From a virus (Duplodnaviria; Caudoviricetes), in IMG/VR virus record IMGVR_UViG_3300031555_004297: DNA of 64,000 nucleotides. One strand, given 5' to 3'. The number at the start of each line of letters is the position of its first letter. Positions within the stretch are counted from its first letter, which is position 1. The position numbers and the translations under genes were made by a program. This document shows, one piece after another, positions 1 through 8,977 of the stretch. A model generated the notes under the pieces. It was not told where the DNA came from. It saw only the letters and a list, made by a program, of their open reading frames with translations, and ran no database searches.

Positions 1-2
1 TT

Positions 3-86
3 GCAAAGAATGGTGATATCTTCGTGGTTAACCTCGAGAGTCATATTTCTAACGAGATTCAGGCATACTGCAAAAAGATGATCTGA
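3..86 (+). CDS. 3' end of a CDS truncated by the window edge
   Basis: Open frame AKNGDIFVVNLESHISNEIQAYCKKMI-TGA followed by a terminator hairpin. Confidence 0.6.
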   Translation, partial: AKNGDIFVVNLESHISNEIQAYCKKMI

Positions 87-92
87 CACTGC

Positions 93-131
93 AATACAAG
101 GAATCTGTAAACGATTCCTTGTATTCTTTTA
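93..131 (+). terminator. Intrinsic terminator
   Basis: AATACAAGGAATC/GATTCCTTGTATT inverted repeat followed by a T tract. Confidence 0.75.
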
Positions 132-147
132 GCTCGTTAAAAGGGTC

Positions 148-159
148 AACTTATAAATA
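148..159 (+). promoter_or_regulatory. Late-type phage promoter AAC(A/T)-N6-TA upstream of terminase
   Basis: AACT-TATAAA-TA; the same motif precedes many genes in the window. Confidence 0.6.
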
Positions 160-201
160 ATATAATTACTCAAATTCCTCAATGAAAGGAGGAAAATAGT
201 T

Positions 202-2382
202 ATGGCTGTAATGCGTAATAGAACTCAAACGACTATCTATTACCATATGAGTACTACTAACAAAAGTTTCTTAGAGATGTATAAATATCTCGAGAATACT
301 GGTGTTAAGAACTGCAAATTTATGCTTGTTCTTCTTGATCCTGATTTGGCTAGAGTAGATCCGTATGATCCTAAGCTTCCTCAGGTTATGAAGAGAAAGA
401 TTTTAAGAGAATGTATATATAATCCATGGTACTTCTTTAGAGAAATTGTAAGAATCCCGGACTCTGGTCAAGCCACAGGTGTTAAGTTTCAGCTTACTCG
501 TGGAAATCTAGCTCTGCTATTCTGCTTGATGCTCAATCTAAATATATTCTTGGAGCAACCTCGTCAGACTGGTAAGACAATTTCATCTCTATGCTGGTAT
601 CTATACCTCTTTAACTTTGGTACTGCAAATGCCGAAATGTCCTTCTTGAATAAGAAGTTTGAAGACTCTAAACTCAACCTTCAACGTATTAAGGATATTA
701 GATCTTTGCTACCAAGCTATCTTAAAATGGATGAAGCATTTGCTCCTGATGGATCTCGTATTAAGGGTAAAAATAACATTGAGAGCATGCAGCATCCTAT
801 CAACAGAAATAATATCAGAACTGTCGCATCTGCAAGATCTAAGGTTGCAGCAGCAAGTCTGATGCGTGGTCGTACGACACCTATTATTTACATAGACGAG
901 TATGGCTTTATTTTGTATAATGATGTCATTTATACAAACATGGTTCCTGCATTCAATACAGCAGCTAATAATGCTAAAAGAAATGGAACCCCTTATGGAA
1001 TGCTTATTACAACAACGCCTGGTATGCTTACCACGGATGAAGGTGTCGAGGCATTCACTCTTAAGGAGTCGGCTACTCCTTTCAGTGAAAGATGGTATGA
1101 TCTAAGCAATGACGAAATCATGAATATCGTTGCTAGTAATACCAACTCTAACTTTGTATATATTAAGTATACTTATCAGCAGCTTGGTAAATCCGAGCAA
1201 TGGTTTAAAGATCTTTGTATCACAATGCGTAAGGATTGGGATGCAATCCGCCGTGAGGTTCTTCTTGAATGGTCGAATTCGTCCGAAAACTCTCCTTTCC
1301 GTGCAGAAGATCTTGATACTATCAAGGGATTACTTAAACAACCGCTTAATACAGTGCTCATGCTCAATAAATTCGAATTGAAGATATATGAGCAGATTAA
1401 TCTAAAGTATCCGCCTATCATCGGTGTTGACGTCTCAGGAGGGTACCAAAGAGACTCGTCTGCTATTACTGTTATAGATTCTTATTCTACAAGAGTATGT
1501 GCTGAATTAAATAGTAACTTTATCTCTACTCCAGAACTTGCACAAGTTATCTACCATATTGTATCTCAATGGATGCCGAATGCAGTAGTAAATATCGAGC
1601 GCAATGGAGGCTTTGGATCATCTGTTATTGCACGTCTACTTCAAACTTCTATAAAGAAAAATCTTTGGTACACTATTAAAGATAAGATTGTAGAAGAAAG
1701 ATTTAATGGGCCTACAGTACATCGCAGAACCCAAAAGACTAAAGTTTATGGATCTGACTCTACCAAACAAGAACGTGATGAACTCATGGAAATCTTACGC
1801 GATCGCGTAGAGTATCATAAAGATAAGATTATTTCTCCCACCATTTATCAAGAGCTCTGTGGTATGGAAGTTAAGAAAAGTGGTAAGATAGAGCATTCTA
1901 CAAATACTCATGACGACCAAGTATTCTCCTGGCTCTGGGCGCTTTATATCTACTATAATGGCGGAGATTTGATGAATAACTGGGGGATCGAACGTAGAGT
2001 TCTTAAGACTGATGCGGATCTTGAAGAAGCTGTTGTCGATCTCTCTGAAAATGATAAGAGCATTACTCAGGAACTCGATCTTATAGAAGATGAAGAAGTT
2101 ACTGAGCAGATGCAGGCTATACAGAATGCTCCCGGACGTATGGGTTATGAAGAATGGATGCGTTCTGAATCTGAAAAAGATGAGGCTGCCATGGATAAGC
2201 TCTTGGCTAATAAGGCTGTACAGAAATCTTTAGCTGAAAGATATCATGTTGTGGTACCTCAAACAAATAAATCAATACAGACTATTCCTACAGAAGTTTT
2301 CTTAGACTTTAATACTCCAGAAGAAGAAATTGAAGTTAGAAATAACGCAGTTCTTGTAGGTAATATGAGTAAATACTGGTAA
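202..2382 (+). CDS. terL: Terminase large subunit (jumbo phage type)
   Basis: PRQTGKT Walker A, IYIDE Walker B, ITTTP coupling motif, IGVDVSGG and HDD RNase H-like nuclease motifs; AAAGGAGG RBS. Confidence 0.92.
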   Translation: MAVMRNRTQTTIYYHMSTTNKSFLEMYKYLENTGVKNCKFMLVLLDPDLARVDPYDPKLPQVMKRKILRECIYNPWYFFREIVRIPDSGQATGVKFQLTRGNLALLFCLMLNLNIFLEQPRQTGKTISSLCWYLYLFNFGTANAEMSFLNKKFEDSKLNLQRIKDIRSLLPSYLKMDEAFAPDGSRIKGKNNIESMQHPINRNNIRTVASARSKVAAASLMRGRTTPIIYIDEYGFILYNDVIYTNMVPAFNTAANNAKRNGTPYGMLITTTPGMLTTDEGVEAFTLKESATPFSERWYDLSNDEIMNIVASNTNSNFVYIKYTYQQLGKSEQWFKDLCITMRKDWDAIRREVLLEWSNSSENSPFRAEDLDTIKGLLKQPLNTVLMLNKFELKIYEQINLKYPPIIGVDVSGGYQRDSSAITVIDSYSTRVCAELNSNFISTPELAQVIYHIVSQWMPNAVVNIERNGGFGSSVIARLLQTSIKKNLWYTIKDKIVEERFNGPTVHRRTQKTKVYGSDSTKQERDELMEILRDRVEYHKDKIISPTIYQELCGMEVKKSGKIEHSTNTHDDQVFSWLWALYIYYNGGDLMNNWGIERRVLKTDADLEEAVVDLSENDKSITQELDLIEDEEVTEQMQAIQNAPGRMGYEEWMRSESEKDEAAMDKLLANKAVQKSLAERYHVVVPQTNKSIQTIPTEVFLDFNTPEEEIEVRNNAVLVGNMSKYW

Positions 2383-2396
2383 GGAGGGTATTAATC

Positions 2397-3164
2397 ATGC
2401 AAGCAAATAGGATGAATAAACTCCTAGATAAAATTGAACGTCGTCTTGGCGTTAAGCAATTAAACTTACCAGATTATCTTACAAAAGATAAATGGGCAGA
2501 AGAAGTAATTGCAAATGAAACTCTAGATACATTTAGTAGATACTTCCCTAATTCTATGCATATCAGAATGGATCTATCTCAGCGTAAATATAATGGATAC
2601 TATCTCCTCGATGAATATGTGCCTGAAAGTGTAGAGATCCTTGGTGTAAGAGATATCGACTGGTCTCTCTTCTCTAGAGATAGCTTGAGGCTGCAGGAAG
2701 CTCAAGGATATGGTACTTATGATTTTATGACCAATAACTATGGCCTTGATGATATAGCTCTACTACAGATGAGAGCCGATCATATGTCTTTATTCAACAA
2801 TCAGATCTTCGTTGAATTTAAGCCTCCGAATATGATTAAACTTTCTACAGTCACTGGAGCTGATATTACTCGTGGAATGAATAGTTGGCCTGTAGAGATT
2901 CTTATTAAGCATGCTCCTAATCTTATGACAATTCCACCTACAATGATGGAAATCTTTGAAGAGCTTGCTGAAACGGATGTGGCATCTTTTCTGTATCAGA
3001 ACTTAAAATATTATGATGGTCTTGAAACAGTATATGCCTCTATTGATCTTAAAATGGGTGATCTTGAAACTAAAGCTTCTAGAAGAGAAGATATTGTTAA
3101 TCGTCTTGATGAAGCACATGTTTCTGCAGCTAATACTCATCAACCTCTTATATTTACAATATAA
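2397..3164 (+). CDS. Hypothetical protein, possibly virion/head completion
   Basis: 255 aa ORF with AAGGAGG RBS, co-oriented directly after terminase. Confidence 0.75.
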   Translation: MQANRMNKLLDKIERRLGVKQLNLPDYLTKDKWAEEVIANETLDTFSRYFPNSMHIRMDLSQRKYNGYYLLDEYVPESVEILGVRDIDWSLFSRDSLRLQEAQGYGTYDFMTNNYGLDDIALLQMRADHMSLFNNQIFVEFKPPNMIKLSTVTGADITRGMNSWPVEILIKHAPNLMTIPPTMMEIFEELAETDVASFLYQNLKYYDGLETVYASIDLKMGDLETKASRREDIVNRLDEAHVSAANTHQPLIFTI

Positions 3165-3168
3165 AAAA

Positions 3169-3203
3169 AATAAAGACAGGTGCAAAGCTGCACCTGTCTT
3201 TAC
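3169..3203. terminator. Bidirectional terminator between convergent genes
   Basis: AAGACAGGTGCA/TGCACCTGTCTT stem with an A tract on the left. Confidence 0.7.
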
Positions 3204-3215
3204 TTGTCGTTATGA

Positions 3216-3581
3216 TTAAATATGCGAATGCTTCTTAAGATATCTTCTAATAGCGCAATCTATCTCAATAAGTTTCTTAGCACAATCTTGAGGTTCAAGA
3301 ATTGCCTTTAGATGATATTTTTCTTTGTCTGTAACAGATTCGCATACAGGATATACATTTCTAACCGTTTTTGTTTTTAAAACACGGCCATATCTATCCC
3401 ATTCTATTGCTTCTTCAGTATATTCTACAAGTTCAGCTTTAATTAACTCCATATCTAATAAAGCTGGCATATCGAATAACTGAAGCTCATACCGCCTAGC
3501 TCCAGTTTGCTTAATAGAGCTTTTAATGATTCCACCATAATTTTCTAAAACGCGTAGAAAATGGTTTATTAAGTATTCCAC
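3216..3581 (-). CDS. Hypothetical protein
   Basis: 121 aa, GTG start with AGGAGG RBS. Confidence 0.75.
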   Translation of the reverse strand: MEYLINHFLRVLENYGGIIKSSIKQTGARRYELQLFDMPALLDMELIKAELVEYTEEAIEWDRYGRVLKTKTVRNVYPVCESVTDKEKYHLKAILEPQDCAKKLIEIDCAIRRYLKKHSHI

Positions 3582-3597
3582 AATTTCAACCCTCCTA

Positions 3598-4278
3598 TTA
3601 AATATACCGATGAACCATATCGATTACATTTAATATCTTGTTGAAATTATCATTTGGTAATAGATTATATACTATCTTTACATCAGCTTTCTTTTCGGCT
3701 GCAAGCCTTTTCATTTCTTCTCTCTGCTCATCGCTAGGAATAGCAGCTTTGAGAAATGCTTCTGGCGGATTTGAAAAGATAAGCTTAGCGTTTACAAATA
3801 TATTGAAAGGACTGACGAGATTAGCCTTTTTATCATCTACATACATTTTACGCCATTCTATATCAGGATCCCATCTTGCTTGTGGAATGAAGAATCCAGA
3901 TCCTGCAGCCTTAGACATATAAGGAATAGCTATAGAATTTGGCACAAACTCATAATATTCTACATTTGCATTAGTATATTGCAAATAATCCATCAGAAGT
4001 GGCAAATACTTATCCATAAAGGTCGTCTGAACCTTCCACATGTTTGCTATAGTAGGAAGATTTATTCCATACATGGAAGCCATAAAAGATTTATAAATAG
4101 TATCTATAAATTCTTCTGGCATAAATCCCATCTCCCCATCTTCTGCAGAAATTCCTACAATTTTAAATCCATCTTTATGAGATTGGATAAGATATTCTAA
4201 AGCAATATCTTCCTCTCCTTTGGTAAAGAGCCGATGTATAGGACTCTTTCCGACTTCGTCGCCTATATATTCGCGCAT
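3598..4278 (-). CDS. Hypothetical protein
   Basis: 226 aa, tightly packed operon. Confidence 0.75.
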   Translation of the reverse strand: MREYIGDEVGKSPIHRLFTKGEEDIALEYLIQSHKDGFKIVGISAEDGEMGFMPEEFIDTIYKSFMASMYGINLPTIANMWKVQTTFMDKYLPLLMDYLQYTNANVEYYEFVPNSIAIPYMSKAAGSGFFIPQARWDPDIEWRKMYVDDKKANLVSPFNIFVNAKLIFSNPPEAFLKAAIPSDEQREEMKRLAAEKKADVKIVYNLLPNDNFNKILNVIDMVHRYI

Positions 4279-4281
4279 ACA

Positions 4282-5061
4282 TCAACCCTCCAATAGTTCG
4301 ATATTATCTTTTGTGCCTCTTGGTGTTACAAATCTACCTTCAACACCTTCTGCTCCAGATTTAGATTCAATCATAGGAAGAGATCTGGGCTCTCCATTAA
4401 TTAGCATCCTTCCCGTGCCAATTTCCGGACGTTGTAAATAATTAAGCAGTAATAATGCCGCTTGATACATATTGAAACATGAGATTGTATAGTACAAGCC
4501 CATCAATCTATCAAGAGTAATATCTACAAATGTAGAATTATCATTCAAGGTTAGTCTGATTCCAGGAACTTTATCAGCATTAGCAATACCTCTATCTATA
4601 ATTACAGGCATAATATGTATATACTTACCCATAGGAAGATTGCCAATATTAAATTCAGGAATCGGCGATGTAAGAATCAATTCGCCTTTGTTTGTAGCAA
4701 ACAGATTCTTGTATTTTGTATCTGTAAACCAAGATATTGCTGTTTCCAATCCTTGCTTTACCATCATATATTCTTGGGGGCCTATTCTAATAAACAACTT
4801 AGACCCATTTATATCTTTTTGAATTGTCTCAATAGAGAGATAGTAATCAAAACTTCTCTTTATAGAAACTGCTGTGGGCATTTCTGGGACACCCTTCATT
4901 GGATATTCATATTCTTTATGAAAATAATATCTCTTTCCATTAGAAACCTTAGAAAGCGATACATTAAATTTTAAAATTAGATTAGGTCCAATGACATATA
5001 CGTCATCAGATATTTTATCTATTTTAAAGAACTCCATAGGTTCAATTAGTTCTTTAGCCAT
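4282..5061 (-). CDS. Hypothetical protein with N-terminal LIEPMEFF motif
   Basis: 259 aa, AAGGAG RBS. Confidence 0.8.
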   Translation of the reverse strand: MAKELIEPMEFFKIDKISDDVYVIGPNLILKFNVSLSKVSNGKRYYFHKEYEYPMKGVPEMPTAVSIKRSFDYYLSIETIQKDINGSKLFIRIGPQEYMMVKQGLETAISWFTDTKYKNLFATNKGELILTSPIPEFNIGNLPMGKYIHIMPVIIDRGIANADKVPGIRLTLNDNSTFVDITLDRLMGLYYTISCFNMYQAALLLLNYLQRPEIGTGRMLINGEPRSLPMIESKSGAEGVEGRFVTPRGTKDNIELLEG

Positions 5062-5166
5062 ATTTCATTCTCCTTAAATCTTGTTACTTACAAGTTGACG
5101 AAGGATTAAAAAATAATTCGGGAGAGGAAAACCTCTCCCGAATTTTCCCATCGTCGAATAATTATA

Positions 5167-6678
5167 TTATTTTTCAGACAGGGCTGTAGTTCCATCGGCT
5201 CTGAATTCGAGTTTAATCGTCTTCATTGCCATGCAAGGACCGCAGAAGCGATAAGGTGTTCCGGCAGTGGTAAGAATAAATGCCTTTGTTTCCTTATCAT
5301 ATTTGTCGAATCTGAAACGTGCTTTAGGATCTCTTTCGAGTGCTTTCTTAAAGACGTCCGCTTTTGCCGCTGCCAACAATCTGTTACGAACAGCCTTTCT
5401 AGAATCACTGTTCATATTATTTGTAGGCATGGTAATAAGTGCCACGTACTTGTTCAATTCAAGCAAATCTTTGGTGTACATTCTGCTCGGTTCGAGCGCT
5501 TGATATCCACCAGTAAAGAGATCTTTGAACAACTTCTCATTGAAGACGTTATTCTTGCTCTTAGATCTTTCCTCAGAGTCCTTAGGACTTACAAGGATAA
5601 GATACATCTGCATATCTTCATATGCCATCATGGTAGGATCTCCGATCAAGATCTTTGCTCTGCGATCAATAATCTTACCAGTATCAATCGTAAAGCTCTT
5701 GTACGGATTAGGTCTGTTTACATCGTTAGCTGTAAAGGTAAGGCATGTAATCAGACCGCTGGGTTTGCCGTTGCTTCCAGGACGCATATCATACTTGACC
5801 TGTGCCCCACACTCTCGTGCAACTCTTTCGATATCGCCAAGATACTTGTACTGAGAAATCAGCTCGCTGTTGTCGAACTTAGCCTCAGGGGTGGGAGCCG
5901 CTTCTGCCTTAGGAAGTTCCTGAATCATATCAGGAGTCTTTCGCACAGTAGGTTCCTTCACATCCGGTTTAACTATGAGATCAAGATCTACATCAACCTT
6001 TGCAGGTTCTGCTTTCTTTACCTCAGTCTTCGGCTTGGGAGGATTATCGACCTTATGACGTCCCTTTCCAGGAACGATAGGTTGCTGCTGTGCCTGAGCT
6101 ACCTGAGCAGGATTCTGCTGCGGGTTCATAGGCTGCTGCATCATGGGATTGGGCTGTCCCATGAAAGGAGGTCTCATTTCCTGCTGAGCCTGATTGTAAG
6201 ACATATACGAATCAGGAGTTACAGGTTTATAGAAACCAGGATCGGGCATGACCTTTTCCTCTTCCTTCTTAACAAAGGAACTGAAGTCCACGTTCATAGG
6301 ACCGGGTCTTACCATTGTGGATGCTGCACCCATTGCAGCTTCTGCCATTTCTTCTACGATTGTTTTCGTAAAAGGCTTTTCAGCTTCTGTATCTTTGTCA
6401 GAAGTCTGCTTTGCTGCCTCTGTAGCAGCTTCGGTTTCGGACTTAACCTCGAAGTCCTCGGGATTGATCTCGATAGTGCTGGAGTCTTTATCACTGCCAA
6501 CAGTCGAGGTCTTAGTAGTGGAGTTCTTATTATCTTCAGCGGCCTCAGCCTTGTCATCATTCTGACTCTCGGCTGTACGAGAAGCGCGAAGATCTTCCAA
6601 CTCCTTTTCGGAAATGTAGCTCGAGAATGCAGGTACATTTGCCTTGCGCTCAAGCCAGATTCTAGCAAATACGTTCAT
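5167..6678 (-). CDS. Hypothetical protein with long low-complexity (acidic, then Q/P/M-rich) N-terminal half
   Basis: 503 aa, AAAGGAG RBS, early-type promoter upstream, terminator near 5115-5145. Confidence 0.8.
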   Translation of the reverse strand: MNVFARIWLERKANVPAFSSYISEKELEDLRASRTAESQNDDKAEAAEDNKNSTTKTSTVGSDKDSSTIEINPEDFEVKSETEAATEAAKQTSDKDTEAEKPFTKTIVEEMAEAAMGAASTMVRPGPMNVDFSSFVKKEEEKVMPDPGFYKPVTPDSYMSYNQAQQEMRPPFMGQPNPMMQQPMNPQQNPAQVAQAQQQPIVPGKGRHKVDNPPKPKTEVKKAEPAKVDVDLDLIVKPDVKEPTVRKTPDMIQELPKAEAAPTPEAKFDNSELISQYKYLGDIERVARECGAQVKYDMRPGSNGKPSGLITCLTFTANDVNRPNPYKSFTIDTGKIIDRRAKILIGDPTMMAYEDMQMYLILVSPKDSEERSKSKNNVFNEKLFKDLFTGGYQALEPSRMYTKDLLELNKYVALITMPTNNMNSDSRKAVRNRLLAAAKADVFKKALERDPKARFRFDKYDKETKAFILTTAGTPYRFCGPCMAMKTIKLEFRADGTTALSEK

Positions 6679-6737
6679 AATCTAGAATCTCCTTTCGTTG
6701 AAAAGATATAGAAGACAGATCAATATCTGTCTTCTAT

Positions 6738-6754
6738 TCACTTTTATATTATAT
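6738..6754 (-). promoter_or_regulatory. Early-type phage promoter ATATAwyATA-N4-TGA
   Basis: ATATAATATAAAAGTGA followed by a 5' hairpin; motif recurs at least 11 times in non-coding positions. Confidence 0.65.
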
Positions 6755-6772
6755 CCTTAAAAATATCTTTCT

Positions 6773-8314
6773 TTACGATTCTTTCAGATCTAACGGATCA
6801 TCAAATTCCATGGGCTGAATTAGAGTTTCTCGAGATATTTTTATATCATTACATCTCTTTTCTAACTCAGATCCTGTAAGATTGATCTCTACGCAATCTG
6901 TCGCATATTTCTTAAATACTGGTTTCTTGAATTCATAAAACTTCTTTGTATGAAAGAATCCAGTATCTACGATATCTTTATAAAGAGTATTAGGATCTCT
7001 TGTGCGCCCAAGCGTCTGCTGTGCCAATACTTTAGACTTAAAGGGCTCTGCAAGGTTTACAGTTTCTACAAGGCCTTTAATATCCATTGCTGCTCCAGCA
7101 CTCTTAGTTGTACTAATGATTATCTTCTTTTGAAGCTCTAGGGGTTTCTTATCAGGAGGTACAATGCTTGTGTATACTCCAACTTGGCCTATAAGCTCAG
7201 GGAAACTTTCATATATAAGATCTCTTACATATAGAATTGCTTCATTAGTCCCTACGTAAAACAGATGCTTTCCAGGCTTCTTTAAAGCCATATTTACTAA
7301 GACTATAAGAAGCTTTTTAAACTCTGCAGAATGAACTAAATAATCTGTATAAACAGTACGATTCAATCCGTAATTATTCTTACATCTTCCAGCTTCAACC
7401 GGAGTAGGATTTGAATTAAATCGAATTGCAGCATACTTTGTATGAGGATCATTCTCACCATCAAATAGATTGATCTTTGGTACATTCTTGAAATAGTAGT
7501 TAAAGATAATATTCTCTCCGGCATCGCTTCGTCCAGGAGTTGCTGTAAGATAATAAGTGATAAAGCTATTTGAATAGCAATCAATCTGAAACATAGAATC
7601 GAAGTTCAGATGTGCTTCATCATAAAACTTTACTCCTATTTGGCAATGTCTAAAAAATTCTCTAATCTTATCCCATCCTTGTTTATCTCCAATACTTTTT
7701 ATGGTCGAATGCGTAGATAGGATTACTTTATATTTAGATACGTCTCTATTTAATAGCTTCATCAATGAAGGGGCCCCAGAAATAAAATAAATTTCATCTT
7801 CAGTAATATTTGTATATTCCATGAAGAATTTCTTCCATTGCTCAAGCCATCCAACATTGTTTGTTATTACCATAGATCTGAATCCAAGATATGCTGCTAC
7901 GGCAATAGCACAATAAGTCTTTCCCTTACCAGTATTTAGATTTACAGACATCATTGTGCTGGTCTCATTTCTAAAATATTTATCCATGCTAAGCATAAAT
8001 TTGATAGCTTCTTTTTGTGTATCATCTCTCGGTTTATACTTAAGCATAATAGGTCCTACATCTCCAGTAGGATCCATACTAGAATCTACTATAGGTTCAG
8101 ACTGTAATAATCTTTCTATATATCCGATATCAATACCTCTCGGAAGCATCAATATCTTATTTTCTTCATCATAAATCATTCCTTTTGGGAATCTTTTGTG
8201 ATAAGTCATATCATAAATCGAAAACATTTTTTCAATTTGAGGACAATCACCCATTGTATAATTATTGACCTCTATGTGAGTTCGATAGATGACGATTTTA
8301 TTCATAATTATCAC
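6773..8314 (-). CDS. Superfamily 2 DNA helicase (UvsW-like)
   Basis: Q motif PRDDTQ, TGKGKT Walker A, DEAH, LTATPGRSD, QTLGRTR motif VI. Confidence 0.88.
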   Translation of the reverse strand: MIIMNKIVIYRTHIEVNNYTMGDCPQIEKMFSIYDMTYHKRFPKGMIYDEENKILMLPRGIDIGYIERLLQSEPIVDSSMDPTGDVGPIMLKYKPRDDTQKEAIKFMLSMDKYFRNETSTMMSVNLNTGKGKTYCAIAVAAYLGFRSMVITNNVGWLEQWKKFFMEYTNITEDEIYFISGAPSLMKLLNRDVSKYKVILSTHSTIKSIGDKQGWDKIREFFRHCQIGVKFYDEAHLNFDSMFQIDCYSNSFITYYLTATPGRSDAGENIIFNYYFKNVPKINLFDGENDPHTKYAAIRFNSNPTPVEAGRCKNNYGLNRTVYTDYLVHSAEFKKLLIVLVNMALKKPGKHLFYVGTNEAILYVRDLIYESFPELIGQVGVYTSIVPPDKKPLELQKKIIISTTKSAGAAMDIKGLVETVNLAEPFKSKVLAQQTLGRTRDPNTLYKDIVDTGFFHTKKFYEFKKPVFKKYATDCVEINLTGSELEKRCNDIKISRETLIQPMEFDDPLDLKES

Positions 8315-8417
8315 CTCATTAATTTGTTCAAGCTTCTATATAAACCTAAAATGGACTAATTAGAAAAAAAAAAGAAACAGCTCTCGAAAGGACTGTTTCT
8401 TTTCTGAATTTATCAGA

Positions 8418-8636
8418 TTACATAATGCTGATAATATCCTTGAAAGCTCCGATAAGCTTATCAAAATTCTTTTCGGTGCGCTTTCCATAGATATCGATTA
8501 CTGCATCTGCAAATTCAGGATACTGATTGAAGATGTCGAGCCATTTAGCCTTTTTCTCGGCCATAGCTTCAGGCGACTCTTCCTGCATAAAGGGGTCTAC
8601 GAGGACCTTCTTGTCGATGTTCTGGTTGTTGTTCAT
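8418..8636 (-). CDS. Small hypothetical protein
   Basis: 72 aa, AAAGGAG RBS, terminator at about 8371-8404, long structured leader upstream. Confidence 0.75.
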   Translation of the reverse strand: MNNNQNIDKKVLVDPFMQEESPEAMAEKKAKWLDIFNQYPEFADAVIDIYGKRTEKNFDKLIGAFKDIISIM

Positions 8637-8977
8637 TTTTTCATTCTCCTTTGAAATAATGTATTTATAATAACTCTTTCGAGGTTATTTAACGAGTACT
8701 ATCAGCAATTGCCGGCGCTGATAGCATTGTCGGATCCATCGCCTAATGGATCACAGGATTCAAATGAGTCGGAGAATGATAACCCATTCTCCTCCTGCAT
8801 ATTATGAAGAACTATGTTACCTTTCACACAATTGTATATTCAAGGATAGGAGATCGTATGAAAACAAACAAATCATGTGCACACCTTTCGTTCTTCATAA
8901 TTATATTATATAATTAAAAATAATTATATTCCCATAAATAAAGAGAGTGCTATTTCTAGCACTCTCTTTAAATCATT

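Noticed and set aside
5500-6711. 403-aa + strand ORF
   Set aside because: Antisense shadow of the 503-aa gene; no RBS and unnatural L/R/I/S-rich composition
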